Source: Sarea resinae
Lineage: Eukaryota
Length of the DNA stretch: 64,000 nucleotides
NCBI GenBank assembly: GCA_026026165.1
Contig: JAPEUD010000085.1
Coordinates: 1-64,000, forward strand
Direction: 5' to 3'
A model generated the notes under the pieces. The model ran no database searches. It was not told where the DNA came from and saw only the letters and a list, made by a program, of their open reading frames with translations. A program made the position numbers and the translations under genes. Shown here in pieces: positions 34,817-47,675 of the stretch (position 1 is its first letter; the number at the start of each line of letters is the position of its first letter).

Positions 34817-37800
34817 CTAGTCCTCCATGCACGAATCACCGTCCTCATCCGTAACACACGCAGCTCCGTCTCCGTCCCCATTAACACCTCCACCGCCATC
34901 CATACTGTCATCACCCCATTCAGAGTAGGAACCCAACCCACCGTCCTTGACGGTAAACGGCAGATTTTCACCTGCTAATTCCCGTGACATGTTGGGCTGA
35001 GGTTTGAAGATTGGTCCGGCCGTGGTGCTGCCCATAGGCATAGGTTTTGTCGGTGAGGTAGCGCTGGGTCCTGAGACGGCGTGAGGCTTCGGACCGCCAT
35101 TTCGGTTGCGATTGAAGGGAAGCGAAGGGCGAATGTAACCACTTCTATCCCCACTTCCATTTTCAGTAGCAGAGAACTGGACATGGTCATTTCTATGACC
35201 ACGATCGTCCCCAACCTCAGGAGGCCTGACCCACTCAGCAGCCACCGCTCTCTCCCTCTCTGTCTGCAAGCCATTCTCCTTGTGAATGACTCTCCGCTTG
35301 TGACCATTCTCATTGTCCCCGATGACACCAATCTCGTCGGGAGGAAGCTCGCCGAGGACTTGTGAATGGTCTACTTTGGAGCCGAAAGCCGGTTTCTCAA
35401 CGGAGACAGTATCAAGGCCCAAAGCTGGTGTCTCGATGCCATTTTTTAAATCTTCGACTCCACTTTTAGGGCTACCGACGAGGGTATGAGTAGAGCTGTC
35501 ATTTTCTTCATCCAAAAAGGGGATATTTGCCTCGTAGTCGTTTGCGGCGCGTATGAGAGGTTGGCCGGCGTGTATGGCTGTCTCAGGGGCCGTACATGCG
35601 GGGACAGCAGTATCTTCAACCATGGGGTTGACGGCGATATGGCCGCCTTTCTTTATCTCATCCAATCCCATCTCCAAGTCCGTATATGCGTCAATTTTCA
35701 TGGTCTCATGCTCAGCGGATGCAGATGCACATGCGTTGGCTATCGCCGGGACAACCGAAGAAATTGATGTAAGGGATTGTGTAGCTTTCCTTGATGTAGC
35801 AGCAATACAGACTACCGGCTTTTCCGCACCGAGCATCACATTGGCCTGCCCCTCATCTCCATTTACCACTCCGACAAGACTGAGCGCAGGATGCACGCTG
35901 GCCACCCACACACAATGCACCTCCCTCGGGTCCGGCATTCGGTCGTCCAGTCTATGGTCTTCGAAGCCTACGGCATCAAACGCTTTGAGGGCCCGAGCAT
36001 GTCGTGTGATGCGTGCGGAAGTGTATAACTTGCCGAGCAGCGTGTTCAGGACCCAGCCGTCGGCGATCGGAAGGTCGATGCCAACAGGGTCGAGACCGAG
36101 GAGGCTGAGGACTTTGAGAGGGGCATAGATATTGGTATTCAGGGACCAGGGCGAAGCTCGGGTCTTTTGAACCCCGTCGTGGAATCCGATATCAGCCAGC
36201 CCGAACGGCTGCCCTGTAGTGCCGTTAGGCTGGCTAGTGTTCAAAAACCTGACCTCGTGCACATCAAGCGGATGTTTTCCTTGCACGCGAGCAGCAGCAA
36301 AAACCTTCGCTAGAAGCAACGTATACAGCCTCTGCGCATGAACGTGAAGATAATTCGCCGACTGAGAGGACCCCGAAAGATAAGTTCTCGGAATGTGACA
36401 ACTGTAGATTGAATCTTCGATTTTTTCATCACATGCCTTCATGCCGAATTCGTCTTTGGCTTGGTTGTAGCAGTCCTGTGAGCAAAAGAGAAATCGGCCT
36501 CGGTGGCGAAGTTGGTTTCCTTCTTGGGTTTCAAGATTAGGAATCCGGATATGCGGTGGGGGGGCAGGGGGAGTATTGGGAATCATGGGCTTTGCAGGGA
36601 AGTCAGGTGGCGTGAATGGTGGAGATGATGGCATGTGCGAAGCTTGCGGCGGAGACTCGGGTGGTGGACAATTCTCGCGGTCTTTTTGGGAGCTGAATAG
36701 AGGAGGGTCGATTGAGTCCTCGTCGTACTCCTCATCAAATCCGTCAGTGGAATCGTCCGACGAGGACTCCTCTTCTGATAACGTTTCAGAGCTAGCCCCT
36801 AGCTGAAATCCTTCCGGTAGAACGATCACAGCACTGCAAGTGTGACACCAATAAGTCTGCTCTTCTACAGATCCTTCAACCGGCGTCGCAGCTTGTAGCG
36901 AGGTGTCCTCAACGAGGACAGATTCTCCTGTCACGATGTCTCGCTTTGCGATGAGCGCAAACCCGAGTTTTTCGTCTTCGAGCTCCACGAATTTGATCTC
37001 GCAGTTGTTGTTCACCTGCCGTAGCTCAGCATTGGCTTGATCTCTGACCTCAGAGACGCTCTTGCACGAAACACGCTCGTCCCAGGGGTATATGGGATTG
37101 ATCGATGTCATCTTCGTCTGCATCTCACCCCTTATTCCAGCCATCTCCAGATCATCAAGAAGCTTTACCGTAATTTCTGGATCCAATTTTGGAGTCCGTA
37201 GCGCCGTCTTATCCCGATCTTCACGTGCCATGAGCACCTCAATATCTTCCAAGATGGCGTTTCCAAGATCAATAAAATCCTGCTTGCTCATGACAGTATC
37301 CGAACGGCACGCGTTTTCGATGGTGTCAAGGGCGTCCATCCGAGCCCCGCCGCCGCATTTCCAAAGGGCATAGGCCAGACGGTAACTAGCGTGATTGTCA
37401 ATCCTGGTGCAGATCAATTTGATTCGCCTCTTCCATGTTCCGGAGTGCGTCGGAGCTAATGCCAAAGATGCCAACGGACGTTGCAAATGCTGGTCTCCGC
37501 GAAGGTAGCAAGTAGGATGATTCGCCCAAGGGCTACCCTCGTCTCCGAGAAGCGCAGTGGTCGCATTGAGATATTTCAAGAGGGGCGTGAACCTTGACTT
37601 TCCGGAAAATGAGATTTCACCGCGCATCCGATCCGCGACCATCTTGGCGCGAGTCGCGTCAGATGCCGCAAGTTCAGGATACCCGAGAGCAATGTAGCAG
37701 AGCGCGCGATTGAGGAAAGCGGCCGGATGGCCTGGCGAGACTCGGTAGAGAAACTCAGTGTAGAGTTCCAAAGCTTCATGTGGGTGATTGGCAACGAGAT

Positions 37801-37903
37801 ATTCGTTCGCACGCACGAGAAGCCGTAAACCCGTTCCTGAGAGTGCTTCATGGCTAAGCGTCTGACAGCTTTCGCGGATTCTGCCACTGCAGTACGCTGC
37901 CAT
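34817..37903 (-). CDS. TPR + SET/MYND-like domain protein, 1028 aa, intronless
   Basis: TPR-like FLNRALCYIALGYPELAASDA, SET N-half FALIAKRDIVTGESVLVE followed by CHTC...FCSQDC zinc ligands. C-terminal SET motif looks degenerate. Confidence 0.7.
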   Translation of the reverse strand: MAAYCSGRIRESCQTLSHEALSGTGLRLLVRANEYLVANHPHEALELYTEFLYRVSPGHPAAFLNRALCYIALGYPELAASDATRAKMVADRMRGEISFSGKSRFTPLLKYLNATTALLGDEGSPWANHPTCYLRGDQHLQRPLASLALAPTHSGTWKRRIKLICTRIDNHASYRLAYALWKCGGGARMDALDTIENACRSDTVMSKQDFIDLGNAILEDIEVLMAREDRDKTALRTPKLDPEITVKLLDDLEMAGIRGEMQTKMTSINPIYPWDERVSCKSVSEVRDQANAELRQVNNNCEIKFVELEDEKLGFALIAKRDIVTGESVLVEDTSLQAATPVEGSVEEQTYWCHTCSAVIVLPEGFQLGASSETLSEEESSSDDSTDGFDEEYDEDSIDPPLFSSQKDRENCPPPESPPQASHMPSSPPFTPPDFPAKPMIPNTPPAPPPHIRIPNLETQEGNQLRHRGRFLFCSQDCYNQAKDEFGMKACDEKIEDSIYSCHIPRTYLSGSSQSANYLHVHAQRLYTLLLAKVFAAARVQGKHPLDVHEVRFLNTSQPNGTTGQPFGLADIGFHDGVQKTRASPWSLNTNIYAPLKVLSLLGLDPVGIDLPIADGWVLNTLLGKLYTSARITRHARALKAFDAVGFEDHRLDDRMPDPREVHCVWVASVHPALSLVGVVNGDEGQANVMLGAEKPVVCIAATSRKATQSLTSISSVVPAIANACASASAEHETMKIDAYTDLEMGLDEIKKGGHIAVNPMVEDTAVPACTAPETAIHAGQPLIRAANDYEANIPFLDEENDSSTHTLVGSPKSGVEDLKNGIETPALGLDTVSVEKPAFGSKVDHSQVLGELPPDEIGVIGDNENGHKRRVIHKENGLQTERERAVAAEWVRPPEVGDDRGHRNDHVQFSATENGSGDRSGYIRPSLPFNRNRNGGPKPHAVSGPSATSPTKPMPMGSTTAGPIFKPQPNMSRELAGENLPFTVKDGGLGSYSEWGDDSMDGGGGVNGDGDGAACVTDEDGDSCMED

Positions 37904-40900
37904 ACTGCACTCTTGATGAATGTCAAATCAGAAGTAGTAGGACTGAAGGAGAGCACAATCTGGCGCAAGCCTACCATCCAAGACGTTGTATGCGCAGGAC
38001 AGGAGAGGAGGATGGACTAAGGTTCGATGCGCAAGTCCTGAGGCGGCACTGATGGCGATGAAGCGGGCGCCTCTGCCAAGGCGAGCAACATTCACAGCAG
38101 GTAGTCAGATCACGTCGCAGACATGAAAGCCTAATCGAGTCACCAAGGTGTTGCGAACACGTCGCGTTCATCGATCGGGAGCAAGCGCGCCGAACTCATT
38201 CACCACTTCTGATCTCCAAGTAAAGCGGCCATATTGGTGAGGTGGATGAGACGGTGAAAGTCTACGGCCACAATTCCAGTTGTCATGTATGGCTGTCAGG
38301 ACAGTGGCCCGCAACAAGATGGAATATTTCAATATCTCCATCACTTCTGCAACTTGTCGACCCAAGCTGGCAGATCGACGCTCGATTTGGCTGTTCAAAT
38401 AGGAAAGAACGGGAAACAAGGTCCTATGAGAGAAAAGCTCCATAAGGTAGATACCTGATACCTAACATCACTGTTGGTACCTAGGAAAAACGACCGACAA
38501 GACGGGAAGGTTCGAGGGGCCTCGTCTGCAGAATATCATGATTGGGACACTGATTGCACTCGTTACCATGCATCTGCAGAAATGACAACGACAATACCCC
38601 AACTTGCAGGCATCGACCTCTTTCTGGACCTTTTTCAACGACGAAAGGACAATGAAAGTGGTAAATCCAAGCTTGAGAAAGGCCTGTATGGTGGCCGAGT
38701 CAAGATACGTTATGTCTGCAAGGCAGAGTGGAGACTGGGGGAGAAGATGATAATTGTTCTTGGTCCGAGAAATCACTTGAGGGAATGGCGATCTAGGGCT
38801 AGCTGTCAGGATGAACAGAAGACAATCAAGAGCTTCTCTCGTGGCAGATCGATGCCATCTCTACCTTACTATCGTCGCGATGAACAAAACTGAGATTTCG
38901 CTGATGGCATTCTTTCTGGACCGACGAGACGTAACGCCATAAGCCAACGTGAGCGACCAATATCCTCATGCTGCGACGCTCGAGGACAAGTCGGCCGACC
39001 GAGATCAAGCGAGAAGACTCCTCGAGCCTCGAGGTCGTCGTCTACTCCGGAGTATGCTGCTCTGAAGCCGTACTGATATATAGGTTTCGACTGCCGCCAT
39101 TCTGCTGGACTTCCTCTCTTCGGAAGGAGAGGGTTTTGAGTGGCCTGCTCCGGCAAAGTCAATGTCACTAGGGATCATGCACGCCACGGATTCATATCGA
39201 GGGAGCTGCGTAAGATAAATCCTCAAGCGGTATATGCGCGCGGAGCGCATCGTTGATCTCGCTCACCACCGCAACGATAAATGCGCCGCCGTCCCGCGCG
39301 ACATTCCTCGACAGAAACTGAACCGAGAGATCGATGCCGGCGGTAACCTCGAGATGGCTTGATCAGCGAGGCCGACTGGTCGAGGGTGAAGGGAAGATGC
39401 ATCCTTACGACTTGCAGCCAGAGTGGGTCAATTTCTCTCCCTCTTACGGGCCGAGCCATGGATTGCCCTGTTGCATCATGTTGGGGTCGACGGAAGGGCT
39501 TTCCTCTTTCAACCACCACAGCTTCAGCGGATTGCAAGTCATTTCACGTGATCCGATTTGTTACGGATGAAGTACGAAGTACATCTATGAATTGAAAGAC
39601 GCCTCGGCCCGCACGAATCGTGTTCGTTTCCACACCCCAAATTACTCAAGTCGTACAGAGAAAGGGCCCTCGGACATTTGCGGTTGCAAGTCCAGTCTAC
39701 CTGTCGTACGCATGGATTGAGTTCTCTTTGGCGGTCAATTGCATGCGTGGTACTTTGCTCCTCATCTATTTCCTGTACCGTTACCTGCATTCCATCAGAG
39801 ATAGCCGGCGGGGTTGGCGTGCTCACTATCGGCAAACGGAGATAGGTTCGGGTCAAGCTCGGCCAGGGTCAGTACCGAGAGCAAAGCGCAAATTACCGTT
39901 CAATTGGTGCTCAACCTCTGTCATTAGACTTATAGCGCTTGACAGCCGCAGGTAGATTCGTACAGCCTGGTCTTCAGGACTTAGATCGGCGCGAGGGGGA
40001 AATTCTCCTGCCGTCTGCGAGACATGCTCTATTCCGCGTCAGATGCATGATTTGTAGGATCCCGCTGTCGAGCATCGCATGTCGACATCTTCGTCTGATA
40101 CACACCGGCGAGGCCTGGTGGTGAAAAGGTAGATTAACGCTCACAGCTCGCCAGCAGAGGCGTTAAACCGGAATGGTCGTAAGGCAGAGGGATGGTTTCC
40201 TGGATAGCGATGATACTTCGGCTCACCCACAAAATGAACGAGCCTTCAACCGATGCTAGAAGGCGAAGCGAAATACCAGTCCAGACACTAAGGCGCGCGC
40301 GAAAAGCTTGAGAGCGATCCCTGCCGGCTTGCCCACGGCCCATCTCCCCTCCGGCTGCAATCTGTGACTTACTTATGCATGCCACTAATCGATTCAACCA
40401 AGCAAGGCCTGGATGAATAGGGCGCGCTGGAAGAGTGCCGCCGTCTGAACCGACGTTGACTTCGAGCAAAGTAAGGCAATTAGCACGACGGGGATTTCCC
40501 GCAGCGTACATATTACTACCGTAGGTTGGTGAGAATATATCCTGTTACTCTGGAGTACTCTGCACCCTTCGGGTGCCATCTCGTCAATTCGTCGATGCAG
40601 GTTGCCGGGTAAGGTATACACGATGGCGTTAATGCTGGAAGCATCCCCCCGCGCGTCAGCGGTCAATCGATTCAGCAAGTCCTGGCGGGATGTTAGAAGA
40701 GAAGTCGTTGGTGATAAGCAAGTTCGGTTTGGCCTTGCTTGTGCCATGCCGCCCGCGGGAACCGAGTGCGGAGTGCATCTTCCGGCGAACGTCATCAAGG
40801 CTGCAGCTCTTAAAGGACGAGCTATCGAGTAAGATCAGCAACAAATCTCGGTCGAAGGTCCAATGGTGGGTGGGAGATGAGGTATGGCAGGACGTTCCCC

Positions 40901-42004
40901 GAAGAAAAGGACGAGAGGAACATCAGGGAACTGCAGGTAACAGACATATGGGATAAATTCGCTATTGAACAGAAAATGTCGCATGGTCGAGCTGGAGGTA
41001 CCTCCCGTGTCCCGCACCGCGGCTGGTTCGCGGGGGAGGGGACGGCGGGAGTACTCGACTGGCACTCGCGCGACCGGTACTCTACCTCCAGCTGCTTCGC
41101 ACTACGGAGTACTCTCGAGTACCAATGCACCGTACGAAGTACATCGTAGTAGGGCACACCAAGAGCGCACGAAAATGCCTCATTTCCTGGGGTGGAGAAG
41201 CGGGAAGAGCGAAATAGCGAAAGAGCGCGGCGGACGTCGCGGGCTGTCATGAGGCGTCCTTGCCGCCTCGGGCATGGCGTGGGACGACCGTGGTGCCGCA
41301 GAGGTACCTCGCCGAGTGGTGGTCCGGGCGAGCTACCAGGTAGTACTTCGTACCTCGAAGCTACGTCGAGCTAATGGAGCTGCCAGCCATTCAAATCGTC
41401 CACCAGCTCCGTCGCTTCCCACCGACCTTGGACCTCTCGCTTTCGCTTTTGTTCTCGCCCTCTCCCAACCTCTTCTTCTCTTTCAACACCTCCACCTTTG
41501 AACATCAGCCATTCCCTCGTCGCCGACCAGATCATCCACGATCAGAGGTAAGCAAATACGAGATGTTTTCTATCGATGCAATTGATTCGATGTCGACGTC
41601 GTCGATGCCTGTTGTCTGTCGACCGCCGAGAGCTTGATGAGAAGTCGTTGAGGAGAGGAGATTGCGAGTGTCAGATTCTGCATCCGTCGTAGCCGAGAGG
41701 TCCGCACCGAACAGAAGCTCGACCCGTAGCGATCATCTCTATCATTGCCATTTCGCTCGACGACTTCGGTTTTTCTTCAATTGCGGTTCTCTGAGAGTGG
41801 CGAATTGGTCTGTTCTCGAAGCTGACCGCAATTATTTGTTTCAGATCGCCAGCCCTCGGCCGCTCGACGCGCGAAGACAAGTGAGCAAATCCTTTTGACC
41901 GTCAATTTCTCTGGTAAGACTGCTGCATCCGGGTTCAGTATCTTCAAAACAAACTCTAATTGCGTCGATAGGAACATAATCTTCATCCTTCAACCTACGT
42001 CAAA

Positions 42005-42193
42005 ATGCCTGCTCTTGATCTCTCCGTCGTTGCGCGCGACCAGTTCTCCCAACTCGCTAAGCGCGAGAAGAACTGGGCTCACAGGGAGCCCGGTGTCGTC
42101 CTCGTGTTCTGCATTGTCTTCATCGTCGCCGTCGGCCTCTGCGGGCTATTCATCCACAAGAAGATCAAGGCTCGCCGTGCTGCTCGCCAGTAG
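42005..42193 (+). CDS. 62-aa single-pass membrane microprotein with two predicted 5'-UTR introns (41548-41844, 41881-41971)
   Basis: Strong Kozak CAAAATG, C-ending codon bias, hydrophobic helix VVLVFCIVFIVAVGLCGLFI followed by basic KKIKARR; upstream GTAAGC...GCTGAC...TTTCAG and GTGAGC...CTAAT...GATAG. Confidence 0.7.
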   Translation: MPALDLSVVARDQFSQLAKREKNWAHREPGVVLVFCIVFIVAVGLCGLFIHKKIKARRAARQ

Positions 42194-45037
42194 TTCGATT
42201 CGGAGACATGAAAAGGTGTTGGCTGGTGAGGGAGGGCTCGGAGGTGGTGCGGTGGGTGGTCGGAACGTGCACAGTCGACAAGCAACGACGATACGCGAAA
42301 TGGCCAGAGGAGCGGTACGGTTGGAAGGAGTGATGTGGACTGGTTTTGCCCTGTGGCCGCGGATCGAGAGAAGCCACAGGGTCGCCCCCGTGATAATATG
42401 GACAAAGCAGGGGCAAACTGCAGCTGTGTCAGGAGTTGGTTTTGGATTTGCTTCTCAGACCACCACCCACCGCCGTTGTATCGATACCACACAATTCTTG
42501 AAGCAAGACACATGATCTTCCTCGCCTGTCTGCGCTTTTGTCTGATCGACACCATTCGGGCGTTCGTTGATATGTTCCGTCGTCTTGCTTGATCTTTGAT
42601 TCTCATCTGATCCGTGTTCATTCTGTCTATCTGATCTGACGTCGTCGGAGCACTCTGTTTCGATCGATCCATGGACTGGACGCGTGGTCCGTTGCCATTC
42701 AGCTCAGTCAATCAGTTTCTCGGACCATCTTCCTCGGTTTGGTAGCCATTGTATAAAGCGGCTTCTAGGTTAATAATAAGGGTTCTTTTGTAATTTATTG
42801 TGTTCAGTTGATGTTTCATGATGATGCCATATCCCAATGCCCTCTCCGACACTGGCTGGTCTCATTTGGCTCATTTTCACCTCTATCAATTCTATCTCTC
42901 TCGCCCTTCGCCATCCCGCTCCGCCCAAGCCATCCACTCCAGATCCAACGCCATTCCTTGTGTCTGTCAAGTCACGGGTCTGTGACGTCGCCAGTTCCAC
43001 TCTACTCCCACGTTCATGCCACCCACGACCAATTCCCAAACCAATAGCCTTGCGCGCCTTCTCATCGCCTTTAAGGCGCCCTAGTATCCGCTTGTGCTAT
43101 GCGTCTCCGTGCTCTGCCAAGTTATTGAGCTTCACGCCGTTATCTCTTTGGCTCTTGGATGAGAGTGGACTGCTTCGGCGGATCGCCACTCTGTTTGTGC
43201 TAGGAATATGTATAGAAAACGAATAAGAACCCGAAGATGCTTACCATACAGTACAGTAAACTTGCTGGAGGGGGATGATAGATTTTATGACTTTATGCTT
43301 TCGGTCGTGCGTAAATATGAGCTGAGGTGCGCACTGTTTCATTTGGTCGCCTCCTTGTTGGTATTGAGATATCGAGTGTCACCTTCCTTGGATACCTTGG
43401 GCAGTATTGTTATTGGTATGAAGCGTCGATTAAGGGGCAGCTATCGAAAAAGTTTGTGTGTAGCTATCTTGTTATATCTGGCATAAGGATAGACAATAAT
43501 AGACAGAATTTATGTATTATTGCAGTGTATTCACTTCTGGTGTGTTGCGACAAATGATGCGTTGAAGATGTGTACCTAAATCAATATCGAGTTTGAATCT
43601 GTCGAATCTATTGCGAGATGACAGAATTCTGCGCTCACTCATTAAGCTGCTGCGAAAGATCGAACATCTCTCCAGTAATTACAAATACCTCGATTGCAAG
43701 TCATAGACCATTCATACCTTAGAGATCTGTCTTTCGTTCCATTCCAGGAATTAATCTTGGACCTGCAAAAAAATATTGTCAGGAGTCATGCACGGATAAA
43801 GCTCAAGCCGTCGTTGAGTAGAAGCATCCTTGCTTATTGATTTGCTGCCGGAGTACTCTTTACCTGAGGTACGTCGAATTTAAATGGATTTCAGTAGAAT
43901 GATTTTCCCCGCAAATAGCTCGATAAACCGAAATGTACGATCTTGAAAAGCAAAGCCTTCGCTTTTGACTGACCATCAACTGCTCTGCGAATCTTCATAC
44001 TCGTACAGCGCATCCAGATCGATCTCGAGCATCCAAGTTTCGCTGCATCTCTAAGACATTATCATTGTTTACCTGGTTGGCCGGCCGCGTGGTCCGCAAT
44101 AGGGAGGTCGAATACGTATTGCGGAGTAGCTAGCAGTGACCAGCAGGGGCCTTTTCATTGGGGAGGTCTTATGCACGACTTGTGCATGTCGTATGCAATC
44201 TCATGTCATTTATGCAGACCTTATGCCCGCTGTGTAATTCTTTCACCGTCGTTTGTGAACATGGCACGCGAGGATGCTGTGGATGAGAGGATCAATTGAT
44301 CGAACATATTAGCGGTGAGGCCTCGCTCGAAGAGGTCAGTGGATGGCTTTTGCCATCCCACGTGCTTCATAAAGTCCGCGTTGGTTGCATCTGGAGCAAT
44401 CTGGCTGAGCTCGGGGGGTTGCACAAAGAGTCCCAAGGGACATTACGGAGTAGATGGGCGCGGGCAGATCCGCATCCGAGGAAACATCACAGACCCTGCA
44501 GCTGCTGAATCGCCCATCAGCCCATAGATTGGGATGGGCGCTGCATGGGCACTGCTGCGTCGGAGGCGAAGGCGATGGCGACGAAAGTCATTTGGCCCAT
44601 CCACCCATCTCCTGCTGCTGCCGTCTCCCTCCCTGTCTCTATCTCACGATCAATTAATTTTTTGCCTTCGTTTCTCCTTCCAAGCCCCCCAACGTCGGGC
44701 CATTTCCATCTAGACTTCAGACTTCGTCGACGACCGACTCCAACTATCTCCATTCGCGTCGCTCGACTCTTTTGCTTACGCTCTCTTAATTAATGCCCTC
44801 GTTCGATTCTATATTCCACTAAATTTATACCTATCGAGTTGGAGACCCTCTCGGCCTGCCATTAGAGCCCTATCACGCAGCCCGAGCGAGCGAGAGCGAA
44901 AGAACGGACCGTACAGCAGAGTGCCCAGGTAAGAGAAGAGCAAACGAAGCGGTCAGTGTTGAGATCCCCATCGATGGACATCGCCTACGTGCTATCCGAT
45001 GATGAAGACTGACGGCGACGGCTTGCAGTTCTCGGTC

Positions 45038-46829
45038 ATGGCCGAACCCGCCCCTCACGATCTCTCCCCCGAGGGAAGAGAAGTCGTGGAACTCTCCTAC
45101 CACGAAGGCCACGATGCCGATGTTCCTTCCAACGCGGGGGCCTTTGATGCGGAGAAGCATTCGCTGAGACGGACCTCCACCACGAGAAGCGCTCGCCCGC
45201 GGGAGGCGAAAGTGCCTTCTCCCGACATCGAGAAGGCTGAGGAGGATAAAGCCTCCTCCAACGACGACGGCACCGACGAGTTTGACTCCGATGACCCGAA
45301 CTTGGTCTTCTGGGATGGACCGGACGATCTAGCGAACCCCATGAATTGGTCGTCGTGGTTGAAGATGTCCAACATCGGCGTGGTGTCGATAATCACCTTT
45401 ATCACGTAAGGACCAACGACTCGCATGCAATCGATGAAAGCTAACGTACCAAAGCCCGCTCGCCTCGTCCATGTTTGCTCCAGGTGTCCCTGAGGTTATG
45501 GCTCGTTTCCACCAAACCAACGTGGAGCTCGCCTCCTTCGTGGTCTCTGTATATCTCCTCGGATACGTGTTCGGCCCGATCGTCGTGGCTCCCATCTCCG
45601 AATTGTATGGGAGACTCGTTGTCTATCACTCTTGCAACATCCTCTTCGTCGTTTTCAACGTTGCGTGTGCTGTCAGCAGCAATTTCAACATGCTCATCGG
45701 CTTCCGTTTCTTGGCAGGCTGTGCTGGTTCCGCGCCTATCACCATTGGGGCCGGCTCCATTGCCGACTTGATGCCACAGGAGAAGAGAGGTGGTGCCATG
45801 GCCTTGTTTGCCATGGGACCTTTGCTGGGACCGGTCGTCGGACCCATCGCCGGTGGATTCCTAGCCAATGCCGAAGGCTGGCGATGGGTCTTCTGGGTGC
45901 TCGCCATAGCCGTCAGTCTATTCTACCTCCAACGTTGCCAATTATTGCTGACTTTTCCCACTAGTCTGGAGTCTTGACTATCCTGGGTTTCTTCATCCTT
46001 CGGGAGACTTACGCTCCTGTTCTACTTGGCCGCAAGGCCAAGAAGCTTCAGAAGGAAACTGGAAATCCCAACCTGCGTTCGAAGATGGACAACGGCATGA
46101 CTACGGGAGAGCTGTTCAAGATAACCATCATCCGGCCCATGAAATTGCTCATCTTCTCCCCGATCGTTTTCTCTCTGTCTTTGTTCATGGCTGTCGTTTA
46201 CGGGTACCTCTACTTGCTGTTCACCACCTTCACCATGGTCTTCGAGGAGCAATACCACTGGTCAGGTGGCATTGTCGGTTTGTCCTACATTGGCATCGGT
46301 CTGGGAATGTTCATCGCGCTGTTTGTGTTCGGCTTTGCCTCGGACAAAATTATGAAGGCCAAAGGTGCCAACGGTGGGATGAAGCCCGAATATCGTCTTC
46401 CGCCTTTGATCCCCGCCGCTTTAATTTTGCCGATTGGCTTCTTTTGGTACGGATGGGCCGCCGACAAGCACACGCATTGGATCGTTCCCATCATCGGGAC
46501 GGCCTTCATAGGTCTCGGGACGCTAGGGATATTCGTATGTATTTGCCTACTGCCCTTCTTCTCAAGCTAACCCGATGCAGTTGCCTATCCAAACATATCT
46601 GGTCGACGCTTTCACTCTTCACGCGGCATCGGCCATGGCGGCCAACACCATTCTGCGTTCCCTCTTTGGCGCTCTTCTCCCTCTAGCCGGCCAGAAGATG
46701 TACAATACTCTAGGATTGGGGTGGGGCAACAGTCTACTTGGTTTTATCGCCTTGGCCCTGATCCCAATCCCCATCATCTTCTGCAAGTATGGCGAAGTGA
46801 TCCGGACGAGATATCCCGTCAAGTTATAG
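45038..46829 (+). CDS. MFS drug:H+ antiporter (DHA1 family), 3 coding introns plus likely 5'-UTR intron 44929-45028
   Basis: [75 protein letters not shown]...[20 protein letters not shown]. Confidence 0.93.
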
Positions 46830-47675
46830 AAGGCCAGCGTACAAGAAGAGGAGGCGGTCAACAGGTGCCCAGCATCAGCGCGGCGTTTTTCGTTTCCAAT
46901 AGTCACCGCGAGTTCCTCGATTGATACCCTCGTACTCGCACTGAGACTTATAGATGGGATTTTTAATAGCTTGATTTCGGTTGTCACGAACTAGTAAAAG
47001 CGGAGCGTCATTGTCTATCTTTTGCCATAGAGCGACTGAGCGTCTGCACGGGTGGAAGGGGGTGGAATTACGGCGGATAGACATATAATATTTTCGTCCA
47101 AGCATTACCCTTAGTATATACTCCGGAATAGATGTCTGTCTTTCAATAATAGCAGTCAGATCCTGCGATCTCAATGCATGCATTTCCCATCCTATTGATC
47201 GGTAGCATCATGGCGAAGCCTGACGTCCACCCCCGGGGGGCCTCCGAGACTCTGGCACGTGCAGACATTCATGGGATGGGTCGAATTACCGAAAGGGCCT
47301 AAGCGCAGGTGCCAGCATTCTCGACCTGGGGCGGTGGAGATAAGCTTTGACTAACCTACGACGACGCCGAGATCCCTTATCAGCGAATGCCCCGGTACAT
47401 GCGTATCGGCCCTGTCGTGGCGGGGGATGTTGTACCCAAAGAATAGACATCCGATCGTCGGCGTAGGAGAGTGAGAGGAGAGAGGATGCCCGCGCATCGG
47501 TCAGTCATGTTCCCTTGACGAACAGATACGGCTTCTTCTTCTCTCTCTCCGCGCGCGCTTGTGGTTTTCTCTTGGCTGCCCGCCGTCTCCGCTCTGATCT
47601 TTGCGACGACGCCGAGGAAGAGTAGGCGGGGAAGAGCTGGTGGTCCTGGAAGCCAAGCCAAGGCAAGAAAACATC

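Noticed and set aside
38168..41400. Numerous 60-140 aa ORFs on both strands
   Set aside because: No motifs, codon bias or splice structure; consistent with non-coding sequence.
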